Shown here: piece by piece, positions 61,221 to 64,000 of the stretch
Position numbering within the stretch: the first letter of the stretch is position 1
Layout of the letters: each line of letters begins with the position of its first letter
Assembly (NCBI GenBank): GCA_016748015.1
Contig: JAAOMT010000009.1
Span: forward strand, 266,459 to 330,458
Direction: 5' to 3'
Length of the DNA: 64,000 nt
Source: Geosiphon pyriformis uo1
Taxonomy: Eukaryota > Fungi > Glomeromycota
The notes under the pieces: generated by a model
What the model was told of the DNA's origin: nothing
Seen by the model: only the letters and a program-made list of their open reading frames with translations
The model's database searches: none
Translations under genes and position numbers: made by a program

Positions 61221-62809
61221 TTTGCAATGCGAAAAAAAATTCCCCGTTTAAAGAACAACAGTATTAGTCTTTACGGTTGTATAAATGGGAAAAATCGGAG
61301 TATCGTTGCCTAGTGAACCATGGAAAAATACCGATCTACCGAACTTGCCTTCTGATCCATTATTCACCAGAAATTAAGATTTGACGATCTATTGCAGTGT
61401 AACGACAATATAAAAACATTTTTTCTGCATTATCTGCCCAGTCTATATTGATTTGAATCTTGAGTGATCAGGATCCAATCAGCTTCTCAAAGGTTATATT
61501 ATCTAAATAAAATATGTCCATTCAAAATTGAAAATAGACCATTTTTTCTTTCGAACTTTCGCATGCTTAATGTAATAAACAATAAATATTTTTTTAATAT
61601 CAAGGCAAAAGTGTTACAAACAGGGACACAAGTATGACATGTACACATTGAAGACAGTCAATCATTGAATTCAGGGATTTCAAGTAACTAGATGGCGCGT
61701 AAGGTTTACTTTTTTACACTATCCAAACAATCGATAAGAGAGGGAGAGAAATGCCAAAACAAATCGAAATCGCCATAATTCCTTCAGCGTATTTAGTAAT
61801 GAGAATATTTAACGTGTCATACAAAGGTTTCCCGAAGTCAAAATATTTTGAAGCATAAATATTAAATTTATTTTGGGAAAAAGTCAACGCAAAACACAAA
61901 GAAAGCTGCAAAACCTTCATGCTTTTCCGTTTTATCTTCAGAGCAAGATCGGGAATTGTCTTCACGGTTAACTAAAAGCCCAATAAACTTGGCACAAACC
62001 AAAGAGGTTTTTCAAGAATATGATAGCATGAAATAGTCAGTAACCTCGGTATTTAGCGGCATACCCGAAGACCATCACCTAAACCACGTTTCCAGATCTA
62101 AGTTTCACAAAGGAGATCATTTTGTAGCATAGATCATCGCTTACCTCAGCAAGCCTACAAAGAACACCGTGTCAACTTTGAATCCGTGCTAACTTTAGAT
62201 AGAAACTTCTTAAAAAGATTTATCAATGTGAGCCTATCAAAGTAACTAAATAACCAGTTGAGGCGCGTTCCGCTGTAGTGTACTGGTTGTATGATATCAG
62301 GGTTGCTTTTTAGTGTTATGGTTTGTCAATCTCAACTTTCGCGTGGATTTTACTTTAAGCTAAGGAAATTTCAGGCGATGGAAAGGTCCGACCGTCATTC
62401 AAAGGATTACTTAAGCTGCCTTTTCTGTGTTTGATTTTATTTAATAAGTTTATTCTCAGCGGGAAAATTTTCAAGATCAGCCCAAAAATTAGAAATCGTA
62501 ATAGTGAGTAATGTGTATGAGTTCCAGAAACAATTTTTATGTTTTAAAGGTTTTGGAACAAGACAAAAATACCGATTGTAGGGCTACAAGGGTAAACAAT
62601 TGAATATGTATCGGGCCAATCCAAGGCTTGGAATAATTCTTTATTTTTAACAAGAAATAAGGAAATTTCGATCCAGATAATTGTATTACAAAGTCAAATT
62701 TTCATTAATAACCTATTCTCTTGAAAACCCAACCAAAGGTTTTTGGTCAAGAATTAGATTTTTCTATGAAATTTTGCTGTTTACTAAAGCCGAGTCTGTA
62801 GCCTATATA

Positions 62810-63903
62810 AAGTCCTGGCGGAAAGTAATCTCGGACGGCTTTTTTTGAATCACACAATCCTTTTAAAAACTAACCAAGGATATTTTTTATTCAAGATATG
62901 TATGAAAATTAATGTTTAGTGTGGCCTCCTTCTGCATCTTTACAAGCTTGAAAATGGGGTAGGCATGCTGCAAATATTAGAAAAAAACCTTCTCTTCCTT
63001 CAGCCCAATAAAAATCTCTTGAAACGCGCTTTTTTTTGCCACCAGTCCTTGTACTTTTTTCTCAAAATTTTGCTTCAAAACAGCCCAACGGGGTTGAGGT
63101 CTGGGCTATGGCAGATTCCGGCATGAAAGTCTTGCTTGGAGTTCAGAACACACATCATTCGAGGTGTTTTTTGGATAATTATCCTGCTAGAATATTCACT
63201 GATGCTTATATTCTTGGTTGCATTTTATAACGATGGTTGTTTAGTATTCCATAATAGATATCATGGTTCAAATTCACAATGAATAGATGAAAACCAGTCT
63301 TGCCGCATTTGCTGATCGCTACCCAAACATTTAACTTGAAAGGGGCTATTAGGTTTCCATCATGAGATCATGCCAAACAGGTATTTCGAAACATCTGAAA
63401 AGTTGTTTTATCAGAGAATACAACCTTATGCCACCAGTTGCAACGGCGATGTTCAAGCGCCCATTGTGAGTGGTTCTCCTTGGAACTTTTGGTGAGAAGA
63501 GGGATACGTTTGGGCAGAATGGCCATGTAGCTAAGTCTTAAAAGCTCGGACAGTTCGTTTACTGGCTTCAAAGCCTTGATGCGTTCTTTAAGCCGTAGTT
63601 TGATTTCGGCTGCCGTAACGAAATGGTCTTCCATGGACGATTTCGCCGATCTGGCTAGGATGAGAATTTGGGCGAAGGGGAGTGACGTAAAGTTGACAGG
63701 AGCGAAGTTAATTTGGCAATTTAGGTTGCATTGCGGTGGGCGTTGTGCCAAGAGCACTTAAGGTGGCGGCAAGAATAAATAGAAGGTTGTCCCGGTATCA
63801 AAGAGCAACATAAATAACATTTACGCGTCGGCCTTTTTTGAAAGGAGATCGATAAGGCAATAAATTTTGCTACTGATGTCGGGGCCATTACATTCCGTCA
63901 CTG
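62810..63903 (-). mobile_element. Tc1/mariner (IS630-Tc1) transposon relic with degenerate terminal inverted repeats
   Basis: Minus strand: PLLT....WALEHR..WWHKVVFSDKTTF, LNVWVAIS..G and SPDLNP (63090-63107). The end at 63903 reads TA|CAGTGACGGAATGTAAT, matched by TGGCGGAAAGTAAT (12/14) at 62816-62829. Confidence 0.85.
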
Positions 63904-64000
63904 TATTTTCACAAAAATGATTATTCCAAAAACTTTGGTTGTTGTTTTTTCTTTTCATATTCTCCCTGTTTAAAAAACTATTTCTTAATTTTAAATTTAA

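Noticed and set aside
61700-62460. GC-richer tract with an 83-aa ORF, possibly a pseudogene or TE fragment
   Set aside because: No motif recognised in the frames examined. Similar unassigned tracts occur at ~17.6-17.9, 45.6-46.0 and 50.2-50.7 kb; a translated search is needed.

Overview
AT-rich, intron-containing eukaryotic DNA. The gene content (three Sel1-repeat genes, F-box-like genes, a TKL-type kinase, two class-3 lipase-like genes, a Kelch-TM protein, a 7TM receptor) points to a Glomeromycotina-type fungus; Geosiphon or a relative is an inference, not shown. About 17 apparently intact genes can be reconstructed by hand from GT..AG splicing, many of them secreted or membrane proteins. 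Between them lie transposon relics. The first 5 kb is a C/G-depleted retroelement ghost whose protein motifs reappear when C>T and G>A changes are reversed. There are also a Tc1/mariner relic, a probable pogo relic, and three separate relics of Fanzor (eukaryotic TnpB-like RNA-guided nuclease) elements. One of these still carries an IS607 serine-recombinase TnpA gene, one contains two spliceosomal introns, and two are invisible in the ORF track. Other highlights are a signal peptide/ectodomain/TM/kinase gene with a non-RD catalytic loop, a secreted protein built from a strict 13-residue Asn/Gly repeat with two local relatives, and two lipase-fold proteins that lack the nucleophile serine. All family calls come from motif recognition by eye; no searches were run.
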